Shown piece after piece: positions 1 to 9,472 of a stretch of DNA of 64,000 nucleotides (position 1 is its first letter; each line of letters opens with the position of its first letter). The notes beneath the pieces are model-generated. The model saw only the letters and a program-made list of their open reading frames with translations. It had not been told where the DNA came from and did not search any database. The position numbers and the translations under genes were made by a program. The stretch is from Candidatus Latescibacterota bacterium (lineage in GTDB: Bacteria > Latescibacterota > UBA2968 > UBA8231), in the NCBI GenBank assembly GCA_965248265.1, contig CBDFJF010000002.1:2528001-2592000 (forward strand). The letters run 5' to 3'.

Positions 1-1301
1 TCGCCATCCCGCACCCTGCATACAAGCTCGTAGTCCTCCTCAGACATGGATGCGTGGTAGAGATGGGCGAGTTCCTGCACGCGCATGGGGGCAGGACCGC
101 TGAGGACGGATACCTCCGGTTGGGTGAGGCACCAGCCTTTTTCGTCGTAACGCCGCGGCACCAGCAGCTGGCCGTCCTCGCGTTTGATCGAGTTGTCCAG
201 CAGAACGTTGAGCTGCGAGCGCAACAGTTCGAGATACTTGTAGTCCCCGGTCAGCAGAAGACAACACTCGGCGGCGATGTTGATGGCGTGGTAGATGATG
301 TTGAAGCCCTGGTAGTGACCCCAGCCGTAGAAGCCGCCCCACCATACGCCGTCGCGGTGTTCACCGACCTTGCCCGTGGGTCCCACGTTGTCGGGGATGA
401 CGCCGTTGTTCTGCTGGATGCGTTCCATCCAGGCCTCGGTGTACTCGAGGACCCATTGTTTGTACTTCTGATCACCTGTAGCCAGGTACGCATGGGTGAC
501 CAATGCAGTCGCCGCCAGGTTGTTGGCCGAGTCGCAGTCGAGGACGATGTGCTCGAACAGCTTCAGGATTTCGTCGGCGCGCTCGGGCACCTTCCACCAG
601 CCGTCCTCCAACTCCTCAACCACCGGGTAGAGACTGGCGCGTATGCCCATCGGCTTGGGCTCCCACTGGTCTGCCGGCGTTTTTTCGAGATTGCCGCCCT
701 GTAGCATGGCCATGGCGACGACGAGGCGGGATTCGTGCCACGGTCCCTGGCCCGACTGCGCCGGTGAACGCAGGACACGGTGTTGCGGATCGTAGTTGGG
801 GGCTTCCGGATCCTCACCGATGTACCACCCGGCGTACTGCCTGGCACGACGGACGTTCTCCGAGATTGTCGGGCAGGCCACGCCGAAGTCGTAGAAGGCC
901 ATGTTGCCTTCGCCTTTGTGATGCCATTCTGCGTCACCAGGGTGAGACAGATCGTAGTATTCACGAGAGAGATTCTGACGAAACAAACGGTGATCTCGGT
1001 GTCGGATATCATTGGCACAGATGCGGGTGGAGGCGTTCCAGGCTGTCAGTGCCATGTCGAGGATGCCGTCGTCGGCACCCATGGCATAAAACAGGCCCCA
1101 GTTGTAGAAGGCCTCGTAGAAGTCATCGATGTCATCCGCCCAGATCGCCGTGCCGCTGGGTTCGGTGCAGCGCCGCATGTACTCGGGCGCAGCCCCTTCC
1201 ATGAGGGTTATCAACTGGCGTTCCAACAGCGCCCACCCCGGTGGGGCGCTGACGCGGGTCGCCTTGAGATTGACTAGGTCAGGCATTTCAACTGCGGGCA
1301 T
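1..1301 (-). CDS. Uncharacterised protein (DDFYE / EWHHxGEG family), paralog 1; 3' end runs off the window
   Basis: Not in the ORF track because it is open-ended. Manual translation from ATG 1301 (GAGGA RBS) gives MPAVEMPDLVNLKATRVSAPPGWALLERQL...DDIDDFYEAFYNWGL...EWHHKGEGNMAFYDFG...GEDPEAPNYDP, colinear with 50363..52339. Confidence 0.85.
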   Translation of the reverse strand, partial: MPAVEMPDLVNLKATRVSAPPGWALLERQLITLMEGAAPEYMRRCTEPSGTAIWADDIDDFYEAFYNWGLFYAMGADDGILDMALTAWNASTRICANDIRHRDHRLFRQNLSREYYDLSHPGDAEWHHKGEGNMAFYDFGVACPTISENVRRARQYAGWYIGEDPEAPNYDPQHRVLRSPAQSGQGPWHESRLVVAMAMLQGGNLEKTPADQWEPKPMGIRASLYPVVEELEDGWWKVPERADEILKLFEHIVLDCDSANNLAATALVTHAYLATGDQKYKQWVLEYTEAWMERIQQNNGVIPDNVGPTGKVGEHRDGVWWGGFYGWGHYQGFNIIYHAINIAAECCLLLTGDYKYLELLRSQLNVLLDNSIKREDGQLLVPRRYDEKGWCLTQPEVSVLSGPAPMRVQELAHLYHASMSEEDYELVCRVRDG

Positions 1302-1362
1302 CGTCGGGGGTCCTCGTTCGGGGACGTCTTTGGCTGTGTCTCGCGAGTCGGCGCCGGGTGTG

Positions 1363-2520
1363 CTACTTCTTGTGTCTCTGCATTTCCTTCATGTACCACT
1401 GACCGCCGTAGAGGTCACGCTTGGAGTTCCAGCGATAGGGCACCGGCCACATTGGCTGCTCGCGTATCTCGGGCGGTAGTGGCAGGTGCATCGGAGCATG
1501 GGCGCGCCGTGCTGACTCCCTTAGGGCCAGGGTGATCTCGAAGGCCTGCTGCTGGTCGCGACCGCTGCAGCGCGGCTCGGTACCGTAGTCGATGGCGTCG
1601 ATGATCGACTGCACAGTATCGACAATGCGGCCGTCGGGCTCCAGCCAACCATCAGGTGACACCGCCGTCTCCTCTTGGGGTACGTTCGGCGCGAGTCCGA
1701 AGACCTCCTTCATGCCGCAGAACACGTCGTCGCTGCTCTCGTCTGTCTTCTGCCAGAAGCGCAGGCGGCGGCCGTCGCTGGCGAATACGCCTGTCGTCCC
1801 GACGACTTCGACTCCGCGCCGGGCACTGGCATTGACATGCACGGTCATCTCAATGCCGTTACCAAAGTGGATGAAGCCGCCGATGCCATTGAGGCCTTCG
1901 TCGCCGTCGCTGAAAGGATCGCCAGCCGTCTTACCGATTACCCATTCGGCATCGGCGTCCTTGCCGCTCTTGCCGCGGATGAATTGCCCGAGGGCGAACA
2001 TCTTTGCCCAGGCCAGGGCATTGCAGCCGCCCTGGACGATCTGGGTGAAACAGCTGATGCTGCGGACTTCGCCGATGGCGCCCTGAATGATGGCTTCCCG
2101 TGCGGCCCAGTTCTGCGGTCGCACGCGGTCGACGTTGCCGGCCTGGTATGGGACTCCCGCCTCGTCGCAGGCCTCGACCATGCGGTCCAGGTCGACGAGC
2201 CGTCCCGCGATCGGTTTCTCCGTCATGATGCCGCGCACGCCGGCTCTGGCGCTGGCGATGACGATCTCCGGGTTTGGCTTCACCGGTATGACAGTGGCGA
2301 CGATGTCGAGTTTCTCGTCGCGCAGCATCTGTCGATAATCGGTGTATCCGGCAGTGCCGAAGCGCTGGCAGAACAGGTCCAGGGTGTCCTGGGAACGGTT
2401 GCAGGCAGCGACGACCTCGGTAGCCGGATTTGTGGCGAAGGCGCGGGCGAAGAAGGTGCCCTGGCGGCCGGCACCGACGAGGCCCACGCGGTAGCGGCCT
2501 TCCATCAGATTCGCCGTCAT
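1363..2520 (-). CDS. Gfo/Idh/MocA family NAD(P)-dependent oxidoreductase
   Basis: RVGLVGAGRQG Rossmann motif and TEKPIA motif; ATG 2520 overlaps the upstream stop (ATGA). Confidence 0.9.
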   Translation of the reverse strand: MTANLMEGRYRVGLVGAGRQGTFFARAFATNPATEVVAACNRSQDTLDLFCQRFGTAGYTDYRQMLRDEKLDIVATVIPVKPNPEIVIASARAGVRGIMTEKPIAGRLVDLDRMVEACDEAGVPYQAGNVDRVRPQNWAAREAIIQGAIGEVRSISCFTQIVQGGCNALAWAKMFALGQFIRGKSGKDADAEWVIGKTAGDPFSDGDEGLNGIGGFIHFGNGIEMTVHVNASARRGVEVVGTTGVFASDGRRLRFWQKTDESSDDVFCGMKEVFGLAPNVPQEETAVSPDGWLEPDGRIVDTVQSIIDAIDYGTEPRCSGRDQQQAFEITLALRESARRAHAPMHLPLPPEIREQPMWPVPYRWNSKRDLYGGQWYMKEMQRHKK

Positions 2521-3650
2521 TTGCCGTAAAACCACGAGATGGGCAGCGCCCGTAGCTTGGCGCCGTAATAGCTGCCCCTGGCCGCTGGCTTGTTGTAGCG
2601 CCGGTCGTCGTAGCGCAGGAATGCCCGGTCGTCGATGAACCTGACTCGCGGATGACGAATGGTCCGGTGACCTGATGTGGGGTAGGGGCCGCTCTCCGGG
2701 CTGACTCCTGACGAGATCAAGAAAGCCGGTGGTTGGTCCGCGGGAATGCGATCGATGTTCTGCATGCCCTCGGTCTGAACTATAGTGCGGAAATGCTGCC
2801 AGCTGGCACCAGAGTCCACGGAGACAGCTGAGCTCAGCCGAGAGCGATAGAATCCGCCCAACGTTTCCTCAGCGTTGACCTGATTCCACACGCAGAGCAG
2901 ATCGCCCGTCTCCGGAAGGCGATCCAGCCAAATTTCCGAGCGGCTGCTGACCAGATCGTTGAACTCGCCCTGTTCCCAATGCACCCCACCGTCGCTACTG
3001 TAACTTTGGGCGATGCGTTGCATCTCCGTGCGCATGAACATGAGTAGCCTGCCGTCCGTTGTCTCGGCAACGCAGGGCGCCTCCACGAACGAGGCATATG
3101 CACCGCGATCCTGTTCGCAAACGAATACGGTGTCCGTGGATTCTGACCATGAGACCCCTTCGTCATCCGAATAGAAGGCCGTGCAGAGTTTCATACTGTT
3201 GTGGGGGAACTGGCGGGTGTCCTGTCCAAAGGCGTATTCGTTCGGCATGATCAGCCGCCCACTGCCGGTCTGCATCAAATAGGTGGGATAGGATGGTGTG
3301 CCAGGCCAGGTCACCAGCACCGGTTCGGACCAGGTCAGGCCTTCGTCCTCCGTTTTGCGGAACAGAGTTCGGACCTCGCGGGTGCCGACTGGGTCGGCGA
3401 GCCTTTGCCAGTAGTTGACGGCGATGGCGCCTGAGGCAAGGCGAATCACGCTCATGGGTTGGAAGGTATCGCCGGTGAGCGCCGGGTTTGCGGGTTCAGG
3501 GAGGGGACCCGATGGCTCCCACGTCCTGCCGTCGTCGGAGGAATGCAGCAGGTTGAGCTTTCCATCCAGGCCCAACAGCCGTCCATCCGTCAGCCGGATC
3601 GGTCCGACGAAGCCCGTGGGGATTTCTACCTCGAACAGGGGTTCCGACAC
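2517..3650 (-). CDS. BNR/Asp-box beta-propeller protein (sialidase-like)
   Basis: Five Asp-boxes: SSDDGRTW, TEDEGLTW, SDDEGVSW, SSDGGVHW, SVDSGASW. No signal peptide. Confidence 0.85.
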   Translation of the reverse strand: MSEPLFEVEIPTGFVGPIRLTDGRLLGLDGKLNLLHSSDDGRTWEPSGPLPEPANPALTGDTFQPMSVIRLASGAIAVNYWQRLADPVGTREVRTLFRKTEDEGLTWSEPVLVTWPGTPSYPTYLMQTGSGRLIMPNEYAFGQDTRQFPHNSMKLCTAFYSDDEGVSWSESTDTVFVCEQDRGAYASFVEAPCVAETTDGRLLMFMRTEMQRIAQSYSSDGGVHWEQGEFNDLVSSRSEIWLDRLPETGDLLCVWNQVNAEETLGGFYRSRLSSAVSVDSGASWQHFRTIVQTEGMQNIDRIPADQPPAFLISSGVSPESGPYPTSGHRTIRHPRVRFIDDRAFLRYDDRRYNKPAARGSYYGAKLRALPISWFYGK

Positions 3651-3727
3651 TGTCTATCCCTCCTGAAGATGGATCTCAACGCCGGCCACAAGTATAGGGT
3701 AGACGGCCTGCTGCTGCAGACTATTAC

Positions 3728-4108
3728 TCAGTCGGTCGGCAAGGAGGCGGTGTAGTTGCGCCACCCCTTCCATTGAGTGATCTCTTGCATACCCTCGCAG
3801 AGGACGGGCTCGCCGAGCACGCCGAGGACCTCCTCATCATCGGCGAGCTGAACCTTGCCGATACACAGACCGGGCGGTTCCGAAATCAGCAGCGTTGCCA
3901 GTCCGGCCACGGGGACGGACCAGATCTCCAGCTGGATGGAGATGCCCCCAGAGGAGACTTTGAGCATCGCCGGATCGATCGACCACAATCGATAGCAGGG
4001 TGCGGTTGCTGCCTCTCGAACAAACAGACCGCCGACTTCTGTCAGATTGCCGCTTAGCTCCAGGCCTCGCATCAATGTACCGTTGACGGCGAGATCGATC
4101 GATTTCAC
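3728..4108 (-). CDS. Stand-alone allophanate hydrolase C-terminal / gamma-glutamylcyclotransferase-like protein
   Basis: LAVNGTLMRGLEL, EPPGLCIGKVQLAD and ITQWKGWRNY; GTG 4108 is preceded by GGAGG. Confidence 0.75.
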   Translation of the reverse strand: MKSIDLAVNGTLMRGLELSGNLTEVGGLFVREAATAPCYRLWSIDPAMLKVSSGGISIQLEIWSVPVAGLATLLISEPPGLCIGKVQLADDEEVLGVLGEPVLCEGMQEITQWKGWRNYTASLPTD

Positions 4109-4203
4109 TGTTGTTGTCCTCCCTGGCGGGTTCACTATAGTTTCCGGGCTGCTCACAGACTGGTGCGCCACAAGATTGCGTAGTATCAGACCCTGGGCAA
4201 GCC

Positions 4204-6672
4204 ATGTACAAGAGGGTGAACTTGGAAGATACCGAGAACGAAACGCTCACTACAGCAGGTTATCTCGGACGGGTCGCGGTATTCGCCGCCAGTTATTACC
4301 TGGCGGGGAAGAGTGGTCTGTTGCCTGCAATATCGCCCGGATATGCCACCGCCATCTGGCCTGCCTCTGGCGTTGCCCTGGCAGCCATCCTGCTGTTCGG
4401 TTACCGCATGTGGCCGGCTATTCTGTTGGGTGCGATCCTGATCAATGGGGAATTGTCGATCGATGGCTACGCGCAAGGTCCGCTGAAGTGGACGGTAGTC
4501 ACGCTCAGCGTCGCTGTGGGATCCACGCTTCAGGCCGTCGCCAGTGCTTTTCTGATTCGCCGATTCGTGGGCTTTCCCAACCCCCTAAATCAGGAGAGTG
4601 CGATACTGCGCTTTCTGGTTTTGGGAAGTCCGATCGGATGTTTGATCGCTCCTACGTGGGGCGCTGTGACCCTGCTCGTGAGTGGCGATCATCAATGGAC
4701 AACGCTACCACTCGACTGGTTCACGTGGTGGGTCGGCGACGCGATCGGCGTGCTGATTTTTACACCCTTGATTCTGGTGTGGTTTGCCAGGCCTCGAAAG
4801 CTCTGGAGACCGCGCCGCTTTTCTTTGACCCTGGCCCTCGGCATTGCCTTCTCGCTCACGGTGTCCGTCTTCATGCTTGCCAGCGAGTGGGAGAGTAAAC
4901 GGCAGCGTCTAGAATTCCAACAACAAGCGAGCAGAATCACCTACAACCTGGAACTGCATCTCAGAGGTTACATCGAGGTGCTGCATTCAATCGACAACCT
5001 GTACAGCAGTTCCAGCGACGTGTCGCGGGAGAATTTTCGCGCCTTTGTGCGGCGGCATTACCAGCGACTTCACGCTATCCAGGCACTTGAATGGATTCCG
5101 TACGTGAGCGATAAGCGCAGAGCACATTTCGAGCAGGAAGCACGTCGGGATGGGCTCACCGGATTCCGAATCACCGAGCGGTCTGCTCAAAAGACCATGA
5201 TCCCTGCTGCCCAGCGCGCGGAATACTACCCGGTGTACTACGTGGAGCCGTTGGAGGGTAATGAAGCTGCTCTAGGATTCGATCTGGCGTCCAGCGCGAC
5301 CAGGCTGGCCGCACTGAATGAGGCACGTGACAGTGGTGCCAACGTTGCGACCGCACCCATAACGCTCGTTCAGGAGAAGGGTAGTCAGGCCGCCTTCCTG
5401 GTATTCCTGCCGGTGTACCATGCAGGCCGCGATGTGGCTCCGACTTCCGTGCCCGAACGCCGTGATAGCTTGCGCGGATTCGTCCTGGGGGTCTTTCGCA
5501 GCGGTGACGTGATTGAGGATGCGGCTCTGGCTGATCTGGCCTCCTCAGGAATCGAACTGTTGGTTGAGGATCGAGCCGCTGTCGCCGGAACGGAAGTCCT
5601 GTACGACAACCGCTCGCACGGCAGTACGCCCCAGGTAAGGCCGGAGTCGGCGGTCAACGAAGTGAGGACAACAACCGATATCGAGGTGGGCGGTCGGCGG
5701 TGGCATCTGAGTTTCACCCCAACACCCGGGTACCTCGCGGCGCAGGCAACGTGGCACCTGTGGATGGTGCTCATCGGCGGTGTCCTGTTTTCGGGGCTTC
5801 TCGGAGCCTTGTTGTTGATGATGTCCGGCCGTACAGAGCGCATTACGCAGCTGGTTGAGGAGCGCACGATCGAGCTCACTCGGGTCAACGCCGACCTTAC
5901 CACGGAGATCACCGAGCGTCGGCGTATCCAACAGGAACTGGTCGAAGCCAAGCTGGTTGCCGAGAAGGCCGATCGGACCAAGAGTGAATTCCTGGCCAAT
6001 ATGAGCCACGAGCTCAGGACGCCGCTCAACGCGATAATCGGCTATAGTGAGATCCTGAAGGAGGACGCGGACGAGGCCCAGCAGACGTCGGCGTCTAAAG
6101 ATCTTAGCCAGATCCAGACCGCGGGACATCATCTGCTCGGTCTAATCAACGACGTCCTCGACCTGTCAAAAGTCGAGGCTGGCCGCATGGAGGTATCGCT
6201 TGAGCGTTTCGAGCCGCAGAGTTTGATCAACGAAGTAGTAGCCATGGTTGAACCGCTCGTGGAGAGGAACGACAACAAACTCGAAGTAGAGATCGTCGAC
6301 GCCGGAACCATGTACACGGATCAAACCAAACTGCGCCAGATTCTGTTCAACCTGCTGTCGAACGCGGCCAAATTCACTCAGCAAGGCTCGATCGTGCTCC
6401 GATGCAAGTCCCTGCAGGACGCGGGAACAACCTGGCTGGAATTTCAAGTCACTGACAGTGGCATCGGCATGACGGAGGCACAAATGGGGCAGGTGTTCGA
6501 GGCCTTCTCTCAAGCGGACTCATCGACGACGCGGCATTACGGTGGAACCGGATTGGGACTGACCATCACCAAGAGCTTTTGTGAGCTCCTGGGCGGTAAG
6601 ATAGCGGCTGAAAGCAAGATGGGTGTGGGATCGACATTTACCGTGCGCGTGCCGGCGACTATCCCGGAGTGA
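4204..6672 (+). CDS. MASE1-CHASE sensor histidine kinase
   Basis: MASE1 helices (IWPASGVALA, WWVGDAIG), CHASE (YVEPLEGNEAALGFDL), H-box [36 protein letters not shown]. Confidence 0.92.
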   Translation: MYKRVNLEDTENETLTTAGYLGRVAVFAASYYLAGKSGLLPAISPGYATAIWPASGVALAAILLFGYRMWPAILLGAILINGELSIDGYAQGPLKWTVVTLSVAVGSTLQAVASAFLIRRFVGFPNPLNQESAILRFLVLGSPIGCLIAPTWGAVTLLVSGDHQWTTLPLDWFTWWVGDAIGVLIFTPLILVWFARPRKLWRPRRFSLTLALGIAFSLTVSVFMLASEWESKRQRLEFQQQASRITYNLELHLRGYIEVLHSIDNLYSSSSDVSRENFRAFVRRHYQRLHAIQALEWIPYVSDKRRAHFEQEARRDGLTGFRITERSAQKTMIPAAQRAEYYPVYYVEPLEGNEAALGFDLASSATRLAALNEARDSGANVATAPITLVQEKGSQAAFLVFLPVYHAGRDVAPTSVPERRDSLRGFVLGVFRSGDVIEDAALADLASSGIELLVEDRAAVAGTEVLYDNRSHGSTPQVRPESAVNEVRTTTDIEVGGRRWHLSFTPTPGYLAAQATWHLWMVLIGGVLFSGLLGALLLMMSGRTERITQLVEERTIELTRVNADLTTEITERRRIQQELVEAKLVAEKADRTKSEFLANMSHELRTPLNAIIGYSEILKEDADEAQQTSASKDLSQIQTAGHHLLGLINDVLDLSKVEAGRMEVSLERFEPQSLINEVVAMVEPLVERNDNKLEVEIVDAGTMYTDQTKLRQILFNLLSNAAKFTQQGSIVLRCKSLQDAGTTWLEFQVTDSGIGMTEAQMGQVFEAFSQADSSTTRHYGGTGLGLTITKSFCELLGGKIAAESKMGVGSTFTVRVPATIPE

Positions 6673-8410
6673 TATTCGAAAGGTCCCAATCACCGAGTTT
6701 GGTGATTTTCATCGGCCCCGGTGTCATCGCTGGTCTTCCGTCCGCGACCCACGCGGCGATTTCCTCACGATGTCCCAGTCTGCGCAGGGCATTCCAGGAC
6801 GGCGAGTAAACGGCCCGGCGCAGATCGGCATCCCAGAAAAACAAATAGTCGACGCCGCATTCGTAGAGGGCATGCGCCTTCTCGAAATATTCTTCCGGCG
6901 GGAACTGTCGCGGCATGACGTTAAGGGCCAGCTTGCACTGTGTTCCGCTGGTTCGTTCCAGCCAGTAGTCGACGTCAGCAGTGTCGCTCCAGGATTCGTT
7001 GAGGCTGTCGTACCCAGGTTGCGAAGAATACGGCACGATCGTGTCCACGATGCTCTCCGTGATCCAGGCATCTACGTCGATGGCATCTTGCAGGTTCTCC
7101 TTGGCGTTCGCGCCCACGACAGCGGTGATTTCAACGCGCTTGCTTCGACCCATCTCCTCGGCAACGGCATCCAGGGTCTCACAGACTTCCCGCATAAACT
7201 GGGTCAGCGTCCGCGCACGGTAGGCCAACCAGCGACTGTCGTCCTCGGGTAGCCGACTCGGATGTTCTCCGAACTCTTCGACAAAGCCATCGACGAGTGG
7301 TGGCTCATGGTCCAGCAACGGAGGCCTGCGGTTGTACAGCAGCGCGATTCCGTCTACTCCGAGCAGGGCAATTTCACGCAGCACCGAAACCACGAACTGC
7401 CGAGCTTCTGGAAAGGCGTAGGAAATGCGCGGAGCGACGTTGCCCTCGCGGTCGATACCACGTAGTTCGGGGTGCCGCTTATAGAACGTGTCGCCGCTGT
7501 TGAAGTGGTCGTAGGGTGGGGGATAGTGAAACCCGGCGACGCGATAGCCGGCGTGCAGTTCGAGGCCCATCTCATGGGTTCGATCCAGGATGACGCGAAA
7601 CGGGTCGACGTGCTGCTGCACGAAGTGGCGCCAGCTCTCAGCCTGGTATCGGTACAATGGGTCGGGGAAGTCCTCCACCAGGTCGCGTGTCGTCATGCGG
7701 CCAATCTCGGTGAAGTAGTTCAACTCGTCACCACCGCCCGCTTCCCAGTAAAGGCGCCCGAAATCGCTGTCCCCGAAGCACTCTATGTGCCGGCGCAAGG
7801 CCTCCTCGGTCATGGGACGGCAGAACTGATGGGGACCATGCGCGTCGTTGTGGCCGAAAAGGCGTTTGGTGTCACGACGATCGCGGTCCACCTTGAGCGC
7901 TTCCACCTGATCACTTGAAAGCGGAACGAGCTTGATGTATGCGATGCGGGTGGGAGCACTCTGATGGGCGCCAGATCCGTCGCCGTCGCTGACTGTCATG
8001 GACCGCTGGCCGAGAACAAGATCCTGATCCGTCAGATCGGCGGTCTTCCAGAATAGTTCGTGAATGCACCTGGTACGGTAGGCTGGAGTTGTCAGTCTGC
8101 CATCAGATTCCTGTTGTGGCGGCAACTGCGCCATCTCGACCATGGAGAACGTGGTGTCATCACTCAGCCGTGCCAGGAACTCGACTGGAAACAGGTACTG
8201 CGAGAACACGCCGAAGTGGATCTCATGCCACCCTTGAGTATCCAGAGTACACACGATATCCGCGGCGGCGGTTTCCGGTCCCGCCACCAGCATGGTGCCG
8301 GAAACCGAGTCGGTTTCGTAGGCCAGGGTGCGCCAGTGTCCGGGTTTGGGTTCGCGGGAGAGCAGGTGCGCTGGCAGGCACTGGCTCAGGTCGCTCAAAT
8401 AAACGGTCAT
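6659..8410 (-). CDS. Glycoside hydrolase-like TIM-barrel protein (GHL10/DUF187-like), uncharacterised
   Basis: HEMGLELHAGYRV, YKRHPE, SYAFPEAR, VDGIALLYNR; resembles the three other paralogs in the window. Confidence 0.6.
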   Translation of the reverse strand: MTVYLSDLSQCLPAHLLSREPKPGHWRTLAYETDSVSGTMLVAGPETAAADIVCTLDTQGWHEIHFGVFSQYLFPVEFLARLSDDTTFSMVEMAQLPPQQESDGRLTTPAYRTRCIHELFWKTADLTDQDLVLGQRSMTVSDGDGSGAHQSAPTRIAYIKLVPLSSDQVEALKVDRDRRDTKRLFGHNDAHGPHQFCRPMTEEALRRHIECFGDSDFGRLYWEAGGGDELNYFTEIGRMTTRDLVEDFPDPLYRYQAESWRHFVQQHVDPFRVILDRTHEMGLELHAGYRVAGFHYPPPYDHFNSGDTFYKRHPELRGIDREGNVAPRISYAFPEARQFVVSVLREIALLGVDGIALLYNRRPPLLDHEPPLVDGFVEEFGEHPSRLPEDDSRWLAYRARTLTQFMREVCETLDAVAEEMGRSKRVEITAVVGANAKENLQDAIDVDAWITESIVDTIVPYSSQPGYDSLNESWSDTADVDYWLERTSGTQCKLALNVMPRQFPPEEYFEKAHALYECGVDYLFFWDADLRRAVYSPSWNALRRLGHREEIAAWVADGRPAMTPGPMKITKLGDWDLSNITPG

Positions 8411-8437
8411 GTCAGAACAGGACTCCGATGCCCAGGG

Positions 8438-9469
8438 CTACTCGTGTTCGAGCACGACCTTGACCGACTCCGGTCCGAGCGCGGTCTCCAGCGCTTCAGG
8501 CAGGGCTGCCAGCGGATAGGCATCCGTAATCAGCGGCTGAACGTTGAGCTTTTTTCTAGCGAGCAGATCAATGGCGAAACCGAATTGGTGGGCAAAGCGA
8601 AAGGAACCACGTATAGTCAACTCCTTGACCAGCGCCAGATTAGCCGGCAGGGGTACATCGCCCAGCTGATTGCCTATCTGAACGATGACTCCTCCTGGCG
8701 TACAGCGTTCATAGGCGGAACGCAGAGCCGGAGCTGCTCCAGAAGCCTCCATTACGATGTCAAACCCGTCACAGATCTTCGCCACGGTCTCCAACTCTTC
8801 GTCGTCATCGGCCATGATCGCGTGATCGGCCCACAGCTCGGAGGCCAGGTCGAGGGCGCGCTGCCGCACGTCTGTCACCGTGATCCGCGCAGCGCCGTGA
8901 TGCCGGGTGACCAGCCCCAGCAACTGGCCGATCGGACCGGCGCCGGATATGAGCACTCGTTTCCCTGCCAAGCTGCCTGCCCGCTGCGCGGCCTGCAGGA
9001 CGACGGACAGCGGTTCGAGCAGCGCTGCCTGTCGCCACGAGAGCCCCTCAGGAAGGATGTGGCAGCGCTCCGCCAGGGCGGGCACCAATTCCCGGAAACA
9101 GCCATCCATGTGGGGTGTGGTCGCGGCTGAGCCGAAGTATTTCATATGGCGGCAGAGATTATAGGCTCCTTCGACGCACTGACGGCATGTACCGCAGGGA
9201 TGAGACGGGTCGACAGCCACTCTGGTGCCAACTGGCAATCGATCGGAGTGGTCACCGGCATCCGCTACCTCCCCGGCGAACTCGTGACCGAGAACGAAAG
9301 GCTCCTTCACCTCGAAACCAGAGTTCCGCCCGTGTTCGAAGTAGTGCATGTCCGTGCCGCAGATTCCGGCTGCCTGCAGTCGTACCAACACCTGATCTGT
9401 GTCAATCGTGGGGACCGATACTTGCTCGTCGCGCAGGTCTCTGGCTCCGTGGAGATAGAATGCCCGCAT
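8438..9469 (-). CDS. Zn-dependent MDR dehydrogenase (L-idonate 5-dehydrogenase/sorbitol dehydrogenase-like)
   Basis: GICGTD, LGHE, CGTCRQC...NLC structural Zn site, GAGPIG, GSFRF. Confidence 0.88.
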   Translation of the reverse strand: MRAFYLHGARDLRDEQVSVPTIDTDQVLVRLQAAGICGTDMHYFEHGRNSGFEVKEPFVLGHEFAGEVADAGDHSDRLPVGTRVAVDPSHPCGTCRQCVEGAYNLCRHMKYFGSAATTPHMDGCFRELVPALAERCHILPEGLSWRQAALLEPLSVVLQAAQRAGSLAGKRVLISGAGPIGQLLGLVTRHHGAARITVTDVRQRALDLASELWADHAIMADDDEELETVAKICDGFDIVMEASGAAPALRSAYERCTPGGVIVQIGNQLGDVPLPANLALVKELTIRGSFRFAHQFGFAIDLLARKKLNVQPLITDAYPLAALPEALETALGPESVKVVLEHE

Positions 9470-9472
9470 TCG

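Noticed and set aside
54-1277. Plus-strand ORFs 54..704, 503..1204, 780..1277 and similar long antisense ORFs elsewhere (25218..26564, 28594..30021, 36667..38130)
   Set aside because: Shadow frames of GC-rich genes with recognisable motifs on the opposite strand.
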